The notes under the pieces: generated by a model
What the model was told of the DNA's origin: nothing
Seen by the model: only the letters and a program-made list of their open reading frames with translations
The model's database searches: none
NCBI GenBank assembly: GCA_965249555.1
Contig: OZ252243.1
Span: 640,001-704,000 of the forward strand
Direction of reading: 5' to 3'
Length of the DNA stretch: 64,000 bases
From: Nitrosopumilus sp.
Lineage (GTDB): Archaea; Thermoproteota; Nitrososphaeria; Nitrososphaerales; Nitrosopumilaceae
Shown here: positions 10,630 through 20,550 of the stretch, piece after piece
Numbering within the stretch: the stretch's first letter is position 1
How the letters are laid out: every line of letters starts with the position of its first letter
Translations under genes and position numbers: made by a program

Positions 10630-10631
10630 AC

Positions 10632-10713
10632 CTTGACTGACCTCCCAGCTTATCCAAATAAGCATCATTGATCTGTCAAGACACTCCTGATTGCTCAAGA
10701 GACGTTACCCACC
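10632..10713 (+). ncRNA. candidate structured RNA 3' of the DUF3800 gene
   Basis: Outer stem CTTGAC/GTCAAG (10632/10675) encloses hairpin GCTTAT-CCAA-ATAAGC; GC-richer than the flanks. Confidence 0.45.
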
Positions 10714-11119
10714 TAATCATAATACCAAGTATTCCATATTTATAATTATTCTATAATTAGATTTTATTGTATGTGTAATTTGGAGGGATAATCATAATAT
10801 TATGGATTTTACAGCTTTGGTTTGATTCGTAATTTCATTTTTGGAATTAACCAATAATATTCAAGATGTCTCAAATTGCTACGTAAATTAAAACAATTGA
10901 CACTTGTTAGAATATTTTCAATGAGATTAAAGGTCGTCTTTTTTCTCAGAACCCAAATCATCTAACAAACCAGAATATTTTTCAATGATTTCATCAGTTA
11001 TTTTTTCATCATTTTGGTTCATGTGCATTAGTTCTTTTTGTCGTATAAATAACGATCTGCTTTACAACTGAACGGTCTAGGCTAGTTCGTTGGTCCTGAA
11101 TATCATATAATAAAATTCT

Positions 11120-11245
11120 AGGCGATTGGGTACCTACTGCCCCTAACATATACTTCAATAGATCAAACAAATTACCATCCCTGTTACTGTATCTCCATTC
11201 CATCTCCTTGAGGTATAGTAAAAATTTACCCGGACACACCATGAT
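11120..11245 (-). pseudogene. IS1595-family transposase C-terminal fragment
   Basis: KFLLYLKEMEWRYSNR resembles the YLxEFxFRYN motif. Confidence 0.6.
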
Positions 11246-11358
11246 GCCATTGCAAGATAATTATTTGATGCAGATGCCTCTGGTGTGACTTTATCATTTA
11301 GAGCTTTTCTCATTTGAATGGAAATTTTCATAAAAATTAGTGGAGCAAATTTAAAGGA

Positions 11359-12633
11359 TCAGGAATAAAATTTCATTATTAAAAAGAATAATGCAAATCC
11401 AATTAAAAACAGAATTCCTGCAACACTGGTAACTTTCAGTATTGTAGAAGGATGATCTAATTTAGGGAGGAATTTTCCAGTGACCAATCTAAAATTAAAA
11501 ATGGCAATTATTGGTGCAACCACAAAGGACATAACAGTGGCAAAATCCACCAATCCTTTCAAATTATTACCAAATTGGAATATCACAATTAATGAGCCTA
11601 TAGCGATTATCAATAGAATGGATATGTATAGAATTCTGGATTTTGTCCCTTCAATACTTTCATGTTTTGTAAAAAGTAACTCAACAGTCCTTTTCAAAGA
11701 TCTAGAATAACCATCAAATACGGCGATAATAGTTCCAAACATTATTGCAAAAGATGAAGCAGAGATTAGGATATAACTCCAGTCTCCAATGGTATCAGTA
11801 TACAAAGTAACCACCTGATGTGCAAATTGTGCACTATTGTTTGGAAGTTCCTCGCCAGAGCCAAAGAAGATGTAGGATCCCAAAGTTATAAACATTATCG
11901 CAAGAATGCCTGTAACTAAATATGCAAATTTAAATTCAAAAATAGTCTCTTTTAATTTTGGTTTATAATTTGATTGTTTGATTCGCTCCAGTGTCCACAA
12001 ACTATTCCAACTAGAAATTTCCAGAGGAGCAGGCATCCATCCCATTAGTGCCAACAGAAAGAAAATGCCAGATACGGATAGTAAATCCTTACTTACAAAT
12101 CCCTGAACATGTTCTATTGGACCATCATACAACACAAGAACAAAAGCAGCCACAGTAGACACTAACAATACTATTGCAACAGTTTTGATCAGACTGTCAA
12201 GGGCATTATATTTTCCAATTGTCAATATTGCAACACAGACAGCAAATAAGATAACCACGGTCCATTCTACAAGAAAATCAATTCCAAAGAGATTTTCAAA
12301 AAATCCCGCAGTAACAAACCCAACTGCACCAGTCACAAAAAACATGGATGCCATAGTGAGTATAAAGTACAACCACAGTGCAGGTTTGCCGAGTTTCTTG
12401 TATCCATCAAGGATACTTGTTTGTGTAGAATTTGCATAGCGGGAACCATATTCAAAGAAAGGATATTTCAAAATTATGGCTAAAATTACAAACCCCATAA
12501 TAAATAGACCGTAATCAGCACCAGCTCTTGTAGATTGAATTAGATGTGAAACTCCAATTGCAGTACTGGCAAATAATATTCCAGGACCGGCAGTTTTTAA
12601 AAAATTAGACAGTTTTTCATTCATCATATTCAA
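11359..12633 (-). CDS. NRAMP-like divalent metal transporter
   Basis: GPGILFASTAIGVSHLIQSTRAGADYG motif and about 11 hydrophobic helices. Confidence 0.8.
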   Translation of the reverse strand: MNMMNEKLSNFLKTAGPGILFASTAIGVSHLIQSTRAGADYGLFIMGFVILAIILKYPFFEYGSRYANSTQTSILDGYKKLGKPALWLYFILTMASMFFVTGAVGFVTAGFFENLFGIDFLVEWTVVILFAVCVAILTIGKYNALDSLIKTVAIVLLVSTVAAFVLVLYDGPIEHVQGFVSKDLLSVSGIFFLLALMGWMPAPLEISSWNSLWTLERIKQSNYKPKLKETIFEFKFAYLVTGILAIMFITLGSYIFFGSGEELPNNSAQFAHQVVTLYTDTIGDWSYILISASSFAIMFGTIIAVFDGYSRSLKRTVELLFTKHESIEGTKSRILYISILLIIAIGSLIVIFQFGNNLKGLVDFATVMSFVVAPIIAIFNFRLVTGKFLPKLDHPSTILKVTSVAGILFLIGFALFFLIMKFYS

Positions 12634-12709
12634 AATTAGACAAGACTAACATTCCATATATCATCAACCCAAACTCCAATTATTTTGACATTCAATTTCC
12701 ATGAAGAAA

Positions 12710-13000
12710 TTACCTCGAGACACCTTTTTTGATTTGAGCAATATGTTCTTCATTAGATACAGGATTTCCAGCGCAACTATAATGGCCAGAAATCATAATT
12801 AATTCAGACTTGTGAGCATTGATTGAAATATTAATTTTGCGTTTAACAGAATCAGGATCTAAATTTTCTGCAACTGTTTTATCAATTCCAGGTTCTGTAA
12901 CTGCATCAACAGAGGAATTTTCTTTAGTCCAATTTGCCAAAGGTATCTGAATCCTTCTATCCATACATGTAACAGATGTCGCAAATTTTCCTTCAGCCAT
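12710..13000 (-). CDS. putative beta-type carbonic anhydrase-like protein, possibly degenerate
   Basis: CMDxR, TEPG and GHxxCAGNP zinc-ligand pattern; short for the family. Confidence 0.6.
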   Translation of the reverse strand: MAEGKFATSVTCMDRRIQIPLANWTKENSSVDAVTEPGIDKTVAENLDPDSVKRKINISINAHKSELIMISGHYSCAGNPVSNEEHIAQIKKGVSR

Positions 13001-13029
13001 GGTTAAACCAAATCAATATGGCTTAATAA

Positions 13030-13362
13030 TTATTTTTGATATAGAAAACATTCAGATGTATGATCGTTTATCATTCCCGTAGCTTGCATGAATGCATAGC
13101 AAATTGTGGGTCCGACAAAATTAAATCCGCGTTTTTTTAGATCTTTATATAATTTTTCTGAGATTTCTGCAGATTCAGATAATTTAGAATGTTTTTTGGA
13201 TTTATTTTTGATAGGTTTATGATCAGCAAATTCCCACAAATACTTGTCAAAAGTTCCAGATTCATTCTGAATCTTTAAGAATTGTTTTGCATCATTAATT
13301 GCATAATTAATTTTTAGTTTATTGCAAATTATTGGTTCATTTTCTTGCATCAACTGGTGCAC
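13030..13362 (-). pseudogene. tag: DNA-3-methyladenine glycosylase I, N-terminally truncated
   Basis: NKLKI..AINDA, DLKKRGFNFVGPTICYAFMQATGMINDH...C. Confidence 0.85.
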
Positions 13363-13438
13363 GAATAGGCGTTTTTGATCATTCTCTAATCATGCATATG
13401 AAAAAAATGCCTTATGGCAGGTAGTGTAGTGATGCTTT

Positions 13439-13858
13439 ATGCTTGGGCATGTAGACGAATATTGGGCGTTTTTGACTCCACAGGCGACAAAAATATTGAA
13501 TACATATCACAATCATCGCAAACGAAAAGGGGCATCTTGCAATGACACTCCAATATTTGGAATTGATAAATCAATTCAAAGACAGCTTAGATGGAATGGT
13601 ATCAGATCAATAGTGTACAGATCAACAGTAAAAAGCAAAATGTTCCGATACAAACATGGTGATCGTTATGATATACAAGCAGATCACGGATTTAGAAAAA
13701 GATTCAATACAATTCTAAAACTAGACAACACTGTAAATTACAATATTGCAGAAAAGCTAATGGGACACAAAAGTGGTCTTGATGGAGTATATTTTACTCC
13801 CACATTAAATGAATTGTTTATAGAATTTAAAAAAATTATATGTAAATTAGAGATTTAA
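13439..13858 (+). pseudogene. tyrosine integrase C-terminal fragment
   Basis: HGFRKRF, EKLMGH and LDGVYF motifs; N-terminal half absent. Confidence 0.8.
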
Positions 13859-13957
13859 GATATAAATCATATTTTTGTGAAACTTGTAACGATTTCAGAT
13901 TCTATTTAGATTACTGTTTATAAGTAAGAAACTTCTTACTTAATATCAGGTGAATTA

Positions 13958-14212
13958 ATGCTAAAGACAGTAAATGTATCTGAAAAAGGTCAAATTGCAA
14001 TACCAAAAGAAATTCAGGAATTATTAGGAATTCAGAAAGGAGATAACCTAGTTATTACTACAAAAAACAAAAAAATTTTGATCCAAAAAGCTACAAATAT
14101 AGAAAAACGTATTGTGGATGACTTTGATGATCTACTAAAATACTCTGAATCATCACTTGGAAAATTATGGAACAATAAGAAAGATGATGTCTGGGAAAAA
14201 TATTTGCAATGA
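13958..14212 (+). CDS. AbrB/MazE-family antitoxin
   Basis: VSEKGQIAIPKEIQELLGIQKGD; 4-bp overlap with the toxin gene. Confidence 0.9.
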   Translation: MLKTVNVSEKGQIAIPKEIQELLGIQKGDNLVITTKNKKILIQKATNIEKRIVDDFDDLLKYSESSLGKLWNNKKDDVWEKYLQ

Positions 14213-14544
14213 TTTTACAAAGACAAATAATTTTACTAAATTTCCCATTCTCAAATCTCAAAATATCAAAAGTAAGACCTGTAATCGTTATATCAAATGA
14301 TAAATACAATAAAAAATCCAAGGATGTGGTTGTTGTTCCGATAACATCAAATCTGACAAAAACTGATTATGACATGATCATTACAAATAACAACTTGGAG
14401 GAAGGAACTCTGATTGTTGATAGTAGAGCAAAAATAAATAGAATTTTTAGCGTAGAGCAAAAACTGATTAGACTCAATATAGGAAGAATCAATAAAAAGA
14501 CATTTTCTGAGATAAAGACAATTTTATCTAAACTTGTAGGATAA
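14209..14544 (+). CDS. mazF: MazF/PemK-family toxin
   Basis: FPFS....KVRPVIVISND and VVVPITS motifs. Confidence 0.9.
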   Translation: MILQRQIILLNFPFSNLKISKVRPVIVISNDKYNKKSKDVVVVPITSNLTKTDYDMIITNNNLEEGTLIVDSRAKINRIFSVEQKLIRLNIGRINKKTFSEIKTILSKLVG

Positions 14545-14819
14545 AACATTAGTTTATTTTTTGTGCTTGTAAGATTTTTCTTTTTTAATTCGCTCCAAAA
14601 GAACAGATGCTGGCTCATCATTTGGGTCTTGTGGTACTAGTTTGCCTTCAAATGCTTTTTTGAGAATACTTTTTTTCAAATGATCCATATTATCATCAAA
14701 TATTTACAAAATGATCAGTTTTAGGATGAGTTGAGTTATTTTGTTTATTAGAACGGTGTCTGTTAGATTGGGAATAATCTAATTCAACATGATAGAGTCA
14801 TCAATCATGGCGTATTTTC

Positions 14820-16307
14820 CTAATTCAACCATTCCCCACCTCTAATTCCCCATACATTATAATTTGCTTGAGCCAAATCTCCTGCTTCATTTAGTGTTGT
14901 TGGACCTATTGCTCCTATGTAATTCTCTGCAATTCCTGGGAGTGCAGCTTTAATCACACTAACATCACTGCTTTGGGTTTCAAGCATTGCCAGTCCAATT
15001 AACCACACGGCATCATATGAAGAATGCACAAATACGTTAGGAACCATGCCAAGTACTTCAGTTATATGAGATTGCACTTTGTTATATTTTGGGTTTTCTG
15101 TAATTGCAAACGCAACTGATGTAAATTGAACATTAGTTGAAAATTCTAGTGCTATTGGATCATCAATCAGACTGTGGTCTTTTGTGGTAGCACCTGGTCC
15201 GAACCATCTTACATCATGTAATATGTCATATTCGGATGCTGATTGAGTAAACTGTAGAATTTCCGCAAATCCCAAAAACATGACACCAACTTTGTCTGCT
15301 CCATATTCATCAACATGTTCTTGTACTTGTTGAGCTAATAGGGAAACTGATACAGAAAATTCTGGAGTCTCCGGATTGTAGCGAATAGGTTCGCCTACTA
15401 TTCCCCCTCTTTTGATAAATGAATCAGTTGTAGACTTACTTAGACCATCACCCCATGTGTCTCCCCTATATACTGGAACCAATACATCGATTCCTTCATG
15501 TTTCATTAGCTTTGCAAGTGCAGGTCCTTGCTTAGAGTCATCTGGAATTAGACGAAATACACTATCATTTGTAATAGCTAATGCAGGTGCAGTAGAACAA
15601 CAGCTAACTAACAACATGTTGTTAGAGTCCGAATAACCTTTCATGTGGCTAACATTGGAACTAGTTTCAGGTCCTATTACAATTCCAATTCCTTTGGCAT
15701 AAAGTGATGTTAGTTTTTCTAGTGCAGTTACTGGATTAGTTGCAGAATCTTCTGTAATCATTTTGAGATGCCATGGGGCATCAATGTCTTGCAAATGTTT
15801 GTTAAACTCGGATACCCCAAACTTTGAGCCCTCATTGCTTCCTAGTCCATGAGTTGACCAATCACCTGTTAGTGGAACGATTGCTCCGATGGTTACTTCT
15901 CCGGACAGTCCTGCTGTTTCTTCCATCATTGGATCTTTCATCATATCATCCTCCATCATTGGATCTTTCATCATATCATCCTCCATCATTGGATCTTTCA
16001 TCATATCATCCTCCATCATTGGATCTTTCATCATATCATCCTCCATCATTGGATCTTTCATCATATCATCCTCCATCATTGGATCTTTCATCATATCATC
16101 CTCCATCATTGGATCTTTCATCATATCATCCTCCATCATTGGATCTTTCATCATATCATCCTCCATCATTGGATCTTTCATCATATCATCCTCCATCATT
16201 GTTTCATCTACATCCATAACTTCTGTATCCGTACCTAATACTCCATAAGCAACACCGATAATAATTAGAATAACTACAACACCAATTCCTATTTGTTTAG
16301 TACTCAT
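14820..16307 (-). CDS. membrane-anchored ABC substrate-binding protein (LivJ-like) with Met/Asp-rich repeat linker
   Basis: N-terminal TM helix, IGAIVPLTG, EDS, IGP..S, YDAV motifs; a possible 1-bp deletion near 14830 removes about 14 C-terminal residues (GKYAMIDDSIMLN in another frame). Confidence 0.88.
   Translation of the reverse strand: MSTKQIGIGVVVILIIIGVAYGVLGTDTEVMDVDETMMEDDMMKDPMMEDDMMKDPMMEDDMMKDPMMEDDMMKDPMMEDDMMKDPMMEDDMMKDPMMEDDMMKDPMMEDDMMKDPMMEDDMMKDPMMEETAGLSGEVTIGAIVPLTGDWSTHGLGSNEGSKFGVSEFNKHLQDIDAPWHLKMITEDSATNPVTALEKLTSLYAKGIGIVIGPETSSNVSHMKGYSDSNNMLLVSCCSTAPALAITNDSVFRLIPDDSKQGPALAKLMKHEGIDVLVPVYRGDTWGDGLSKSTTDSFIKRGGIVGEPIRYNPETPEFSVSVSLLAQQVQEHVDEYGADKVGVMFLGFAEILQFTQSASEYDILHDVRWFGPGATTKDHSLIDDPIALEFSTNVQFTSVAFAITENPKYNKVQSHITEVLGMVPNVFVHSSYDAVWLIGLAMLETQSSDVSVIKAALPGIAENYIGAIGPTTLNEAGDLAQANYNVWGIRGGEWLN
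15922..16200 (-). repeat. 30-bp tandem repeat, 9 perfect copies plus a partial, encoding MMEDDMMKDP
   Basis: GGATCTTTCATCATATCATCCTCCATCATT repeated exactly. Confidence 0.99.
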
Positions 16308-16660
16308 CTAAAATAAGATAAAAAATGATATATTTAAAATCTTCTGATTAATACGCTGTCAATCTTAGGGTCATTTGCCTTTACTGTTCAATTCGAATCA
16401 TGAAAAATTAAAGTTGTATGCCGTTACATATTAGGCATAGAAATAGACAGTTTTGGTTGTATGGGAATGTCATTTCCTATAATTCTACCACGATAAACCT
16501 TACTTGAAAGTATCATCATTTAGAAAATTAACAAATCGAATATAAAGTTCTGGCATACTCTCATGTAGCCATTGATACAGTCTGGAGACACCATATTGGG
16601 AGATGAAAATGGACTTTGTATTTTAGTTCAATATTATTTGAGTTTAATATACATTGAATT

Positions 16661-17236
16661 TTAATATTTTATAATTTTCATTGGATCAATTTTTGGGTGA
16701 GATTCAAGTTTTTTTATATCGCCATCAAATGTGTAGAATTCATCACATCCAATGTGTTTAGCTATCAACACATGTAAAAGATCTGCAGTGTATGCACGTC
16801 TAAATTCAGCTTTTACTGCTTGCCCAGAAATTATTCTTGAAATTTTTAGTGCCATTTGTTTCTTGCATGACTTTCAAAGCATCTGAAATAATATCTTGAA
16901 ATTTTAAATTTGGCACTTCTTCCATTTTGATATTAGGTAATGATAAGAAATGTGGAATTACTTTATTGTAATTTGCTAGACCCTCAGTTCTTACATGTAG
17001 TTCTCTTTGATCAGGTGTCAAAAGTCCAATTCTTGCAATATCATATGTTTCCATCTTTTGACATACACCAGCAAATTCAGTTAATGTAGGATTTGAAATA
17101 ATTCCTAAATGGGTTCCAGATTTACATTTGTTTAGAATATCTCTAGATCCAGTTTTTAATCTAACATTTGAGGTTGGAAGTAAATTGTATACTAGAATAT
17201 TAGTATCTAAATATGCTTTTTTAATAACTCTAGTTA
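16661..17236 (-). pseudogene. PIN-domain (VapC-like) toxin, frameshifted
   Basis: AYLDTNIL and IISNPTLTEF in one frame; ADLLHVLIA...CDEFYTFD in another; shift at an A run near 16845; start codon unclear. Confidence 0.8.
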
Positions 17237-17971
17237 TGCATCAATTTCTTCCATTATTTCTTCAACATCTACACCTTGAAGAAATTTTTTATCTGCAAAG
17301 ATTTCAGACAACTCATCATAAGCTCCAATATCAAGAGGAGGAATCTTACTTAGTCCTGATTTTTCTGCTAATTTTTTTCTAAAATCTTCATCATTAAACA
17401 TGAATGGATTTACTTTAGCAGTAGAAGTAATTGATGTTAAATCTATTTTCTTGTCAGTAAATGGTAATTCAAATTGTGAACTTGGGTCAGAATCTCTTTC
17501 TAAGAGAGTCTTTCTAACTAGAGCTTTAATTTTACTTTTGTCGGTATATTCTGGAAACAAGGCATATGCATCAGCCAATAACTCATTTAATGGTTTAGTA
17601 AAATAGTACAAAGTCATTGTCTTAATTTTTTCAAATGACTCTGAATGTTCTTCTTTAAATCCAGATAACATGTCTTTTCCTTTTTCAGTAATTAAATATC
17701 GGTTATGTTTATCATCATAATAATTTGATACAGGGTAGGAATCTACAAAATGATTATTAACTAGAAATTCGGTATCAGCAAATAATTGCGGACTAAAAGC
17801 ACCGAAATGGCTTGATTCCCAATCATCGTAAACAGATTCATTAGCTAAGATGATTTTATTTGTTAGTAAACCATACTTTTGTAATCTTGTATTACCATCA
17901 ACATATTGTGTTGAATCTATAATGGATAAAAGCCACAATGACTTGTCAGATAAATCCAATGAATTAGTCAT
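17234..17971 (-). CDS. putative antitoxin, winged-helix (Panacea/YwgA-like) protein
   Basis: G.TRLQK, FGAFS..L and YLITEKG pattern; directly upstream of the PIN gene. Confidence 0.6.
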   Translation of the reverse strand: MTNSLDLSDKSLWLLSIIDSTQYVDGNTRLQKYGLLTNKIILANESVYDDWESSHFGAFSPQLFADTEFLVNNHFVDSYPVSNYYDDKHNRYLITEKGKDMLSGFKEEHSESFEKIKTMTLYYFTKPLNELLADAYALFPEYTDKSKIKALVRKTLLERDSDPSSQFELPFTDKKIDLTSITSTAKVNPFMFNDEDFRKKLAEKSGLSKIPPLDIGAYDELSEIFADKKFLQGVDVEEIMEEIDA

Positions 17972-18169
17972 CCCGTTACGATATAAATCCGTAACTGATA
18001 ATTGATCTAGATCTTTGAAAAGTGACTTGATGGTAAAACAATATCGGATTTTATTATTGTAAAATCAGCGACATTCATTGCACCAAGATTGTCCCTTTTG
18101 AAATGTCCCTAAGATTGAGCAGAATAAATCTAGCATAATTAATTATACTGTAATGTTGTACCTAATTTA

Positions 18170-18721
18170 TTGAGTAAAAGAAAAATTGCAATTATTTCAT
18201 TTTTAGTAATTGTTGGAATTATCATAGGCTCATCAATAATATCATCTAATCAAGATAAACCAGTTGCAGAAAAACAAAAACAGCCCATAAAAGATTATTA
18301 TGAAAATGGACGGTTAAAAAGTGAAACACAGTATCATGAGAATGGAAAAATAGAATGGGCAAGACTGTATTATGAAAATGGACAAAAGGAATGGCACAAG
18401 TCATATTATGAAAATGGTAAATTATGGGTTGAAGCAAAACATCGTGAGAATGGAAAAGGAGACTGGCTAAAGGAATATTATGATAATGAACAATTATACC
18501 GTGAATACAAATACGATGAGAATGGGATTGAGAGATATTTGAAGTACTATTATGAGACTGGACAATTACACTATGAAGAACAATTCTATGATAATGGAAA
18601 TAGTATGTCACAAAATCTGTATTATGAGAATGGGCAATTAAGAAATGAAAAACATTATGACAAGTATGGAGAATTAGAAAATGAAAACCATTATGACAAG
18701 AATGGAAAATTAGAGAATTAA
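18170..18721 (+). CDS. membrane-anchored MORN-variant repeat protein (YwqK-like)
   Basis: Repeated YYENG motifs after an N-terminal TM helix. Confidence 0.85.
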   Translation: MSKRKIAIISFLVIVGIIIGSSIISSNQDKPVAEKQKQPIKDYYENGRLKSETQYHENGKIEWARLYYENGQKEWHKSYYENGKLWVEAKHRENGKGDWLKEYYDNEQLYREYKYDENGIERYLKYYYETGQLHYEEQFYDNGNSMSQNLYYENGQLRNEKHYDKYGELENENHYDKNGKLEN

Positions 18722-19297
18722 CTAAATTCTAATTTTTTAATAAAGTCTAAAAAAGACACTTTTAGATCCAAAAAATAGGCATGAATACACCTGAAAATTG
18801 ATTAAAAAAATATGATCATACTTTGCAAGTTATAACTCCCATCTGATTTTGAGGACCTAGATTTTTAGGCGTAAAAATTGAATATAATTCATTATTCCTA
18901 AATCCAGTCTTCTAAGGACATGGTGTTTTTAGATTCTTGTTTTGATTTTTTCCTTTGTTGAATCTCATCTAACTTTATTTCCTTTCATTGGGTTGGGAGC
19001 CTTAAGGAAAACCTGCAGAGGCTTTGATAGATGGAAAACCATCATTCAAAATGCAACACCTTACAAGGAAAATTCAGTTTGAAAGAGTCTAGTTCAGATA
19101 AAATTTACATTTCATAATTTATCCCCAAATAACTTTCATCAAACCCTATAGTGACAGAAGTATGGGAGGTAAAACTCACATACAAACAAAACTATCCATC
19201 TATGCCTAATATGTAACGGCACACGACTTTATTTTTTCAAATTTTTCATGTCCCGAATTGAACAGCATGAAATGTCCCTAAGATTGAGCAGACGTAT

Positions 19298-19498
19298 CTA
19301 AGGAATTATCGCCCTGCAGTTAGTAGGTTTTTGTAACGGAGTATAATCACATTCTACTGGAAAACCATCCTGAGGCAAATAATAATGTTCATTACTTCCC
19401 CAAGTTTTGTACAATAAATAATTTGCAACTACCACAAAACTAAAAATAAATACCATAAGAATCAAAATCACTATTGGAATTAAAATTAATTTTTTCAT
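19298..19498 (-). CDS. small hypothetical membrane protein
   Basis: 66 aa with a long hydrophobic N-terminus; follows the 19513 ORF. Confidence 0.5.
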   Translation of the reverse strand: MKKLILIPIVILILMVFIFSFVVVANYLLYKTWGSNEHYYLPQDGFPVECDYTPLQKPTNCRAIIP

Positions 19499-19512
19499 AA
19501 TAAAAAAAGAGG

Positions 19513-20064
19513 TTAGTTATCATAGTGCCAAGCGGCTACATACACATCCCACCAGAAGGTAGGAGCAGAATAAGCATTCAGATCAGGATTAGGTTCGTTA
19601 ACTTGCACTAAACTTAGAATAGGAGTATACCACATATGATTGACTCGGACATAATAATCATATATATGATTCTCATCTCTAAATTCACCATTGTCACAAT
19701 TACCATAACCAGTCGTGTTTATTTTGGCATAGACTTTACCATTATCCCTAAAATCAATCCAAGGCCACTGAACTTGATAATATCCCAAACTTGTTAATGT
19801 GGATTGAGCAGAAGACAGTTCATCATAACCGTGCAATCCAATTTCCAAGGGAGGTTCTGGGTGTTCGGTAGAACCATAAGTAATTCCGCAAGCAGACAAA
19901 GACCAATAGTTGACAGGTGTGATGTAAGAAACATTACTTACATTATTATCATCATATCCAATAGTTGTGATTTGAGCATTTGTAAGATAACTGAAAGGGC
20001 CATTAGCAGCTTCTGCTAAAGCAACGCCAGTTCCTTCTTTATCCCCATTCATGTAAGATATCAT
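19513..20064 (-). CDS. hypothetical protein (possibly a fragment of a secreted protein)
   Basis: 183-aa ORF rich in Tyr/Asn/Trp; no family recognised. Confidence 0.55.
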   Translation of the reverse strand: MISYMNGDKEGTGVALAEAANGPFSYLTNAQITTIGYDDNNVSNVSYITPVNYWSLSACGITYGSTEHPEPPLEIGLHGYDELSSAQSTLTSLGYYQVQWPWIDFRDNGKVYAKINTTGYGNCDNGEFRDENHIYDYYVRVNHMWYTPILSLVQVNEPNPDLNAYSAPTFWWDVYVAAWHYDN

Positions 20065-20467
20065 TATTTTATTATGTAATTTAGCCCTACACTGTTAAAA
20101 CTTAGGTTGTTTTCATCTCATTGAAACCACTGTTAAGTTAGGTTGTTTTGCTGTTAAATTCGGTTGTTTAAATTCCTTAATCTAATCTAGTTTCAAATTT
20201 ACATTTTTTACATTTGCATACATTTTTTATTATTATCAAAGTGGCTTTACATTTAGGACATCTTGGTCTTTTAACATACTGATAAAGACCATATACACCA
20301 CCTGCAATTCCTATAGCTGCAAATATGAAAGGCAGAACCATAAACAATGATTAATTCAACCAATTAAAAAATCAAGCGATCATCTTAAGCCAACAACTAT
20401 CCTTCCCATTAGACAGCCAGCTGGCTCAAATTAACCTCTTGGGATTTAACTTGATTGATCCTGTTAG

Positions 20468-20535
20468 AGATTTTAACGTGCATAACGAATGCACGTTAAG
20501 ATTTTAACGTGCATAACGAATGCACGTTAAGATTT
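20468..20535. repeat. tandem duplication (31-bp unit) of an 11-5-11 palindrome
   Basis: TTAACGTGCAT-AACGA-ATGCACGTTAA occurs twice head-to-tail. Confidence 0.95.
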
Positions 20536-20550
20536 AAAAATAATGAATAT

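Larger units (their letters stand above)
16351..19297. mobile_element. transposase-less element bounded by about 90-bp imperfect inverted repeats
   Basis: 16351-16445 is the imperfect reverse complement of 19192-19297, with an exact 22-mer TGCCGTTACATATTAGGCATAG; a 25-bp copy of the right end lies at 18099-18123. Confidence 0.7.

Noticed and set aside
15922-16200. 30-bp repeat as a CRISPR array
   Set aside because: No spacers; in-frame coding tandem repeat
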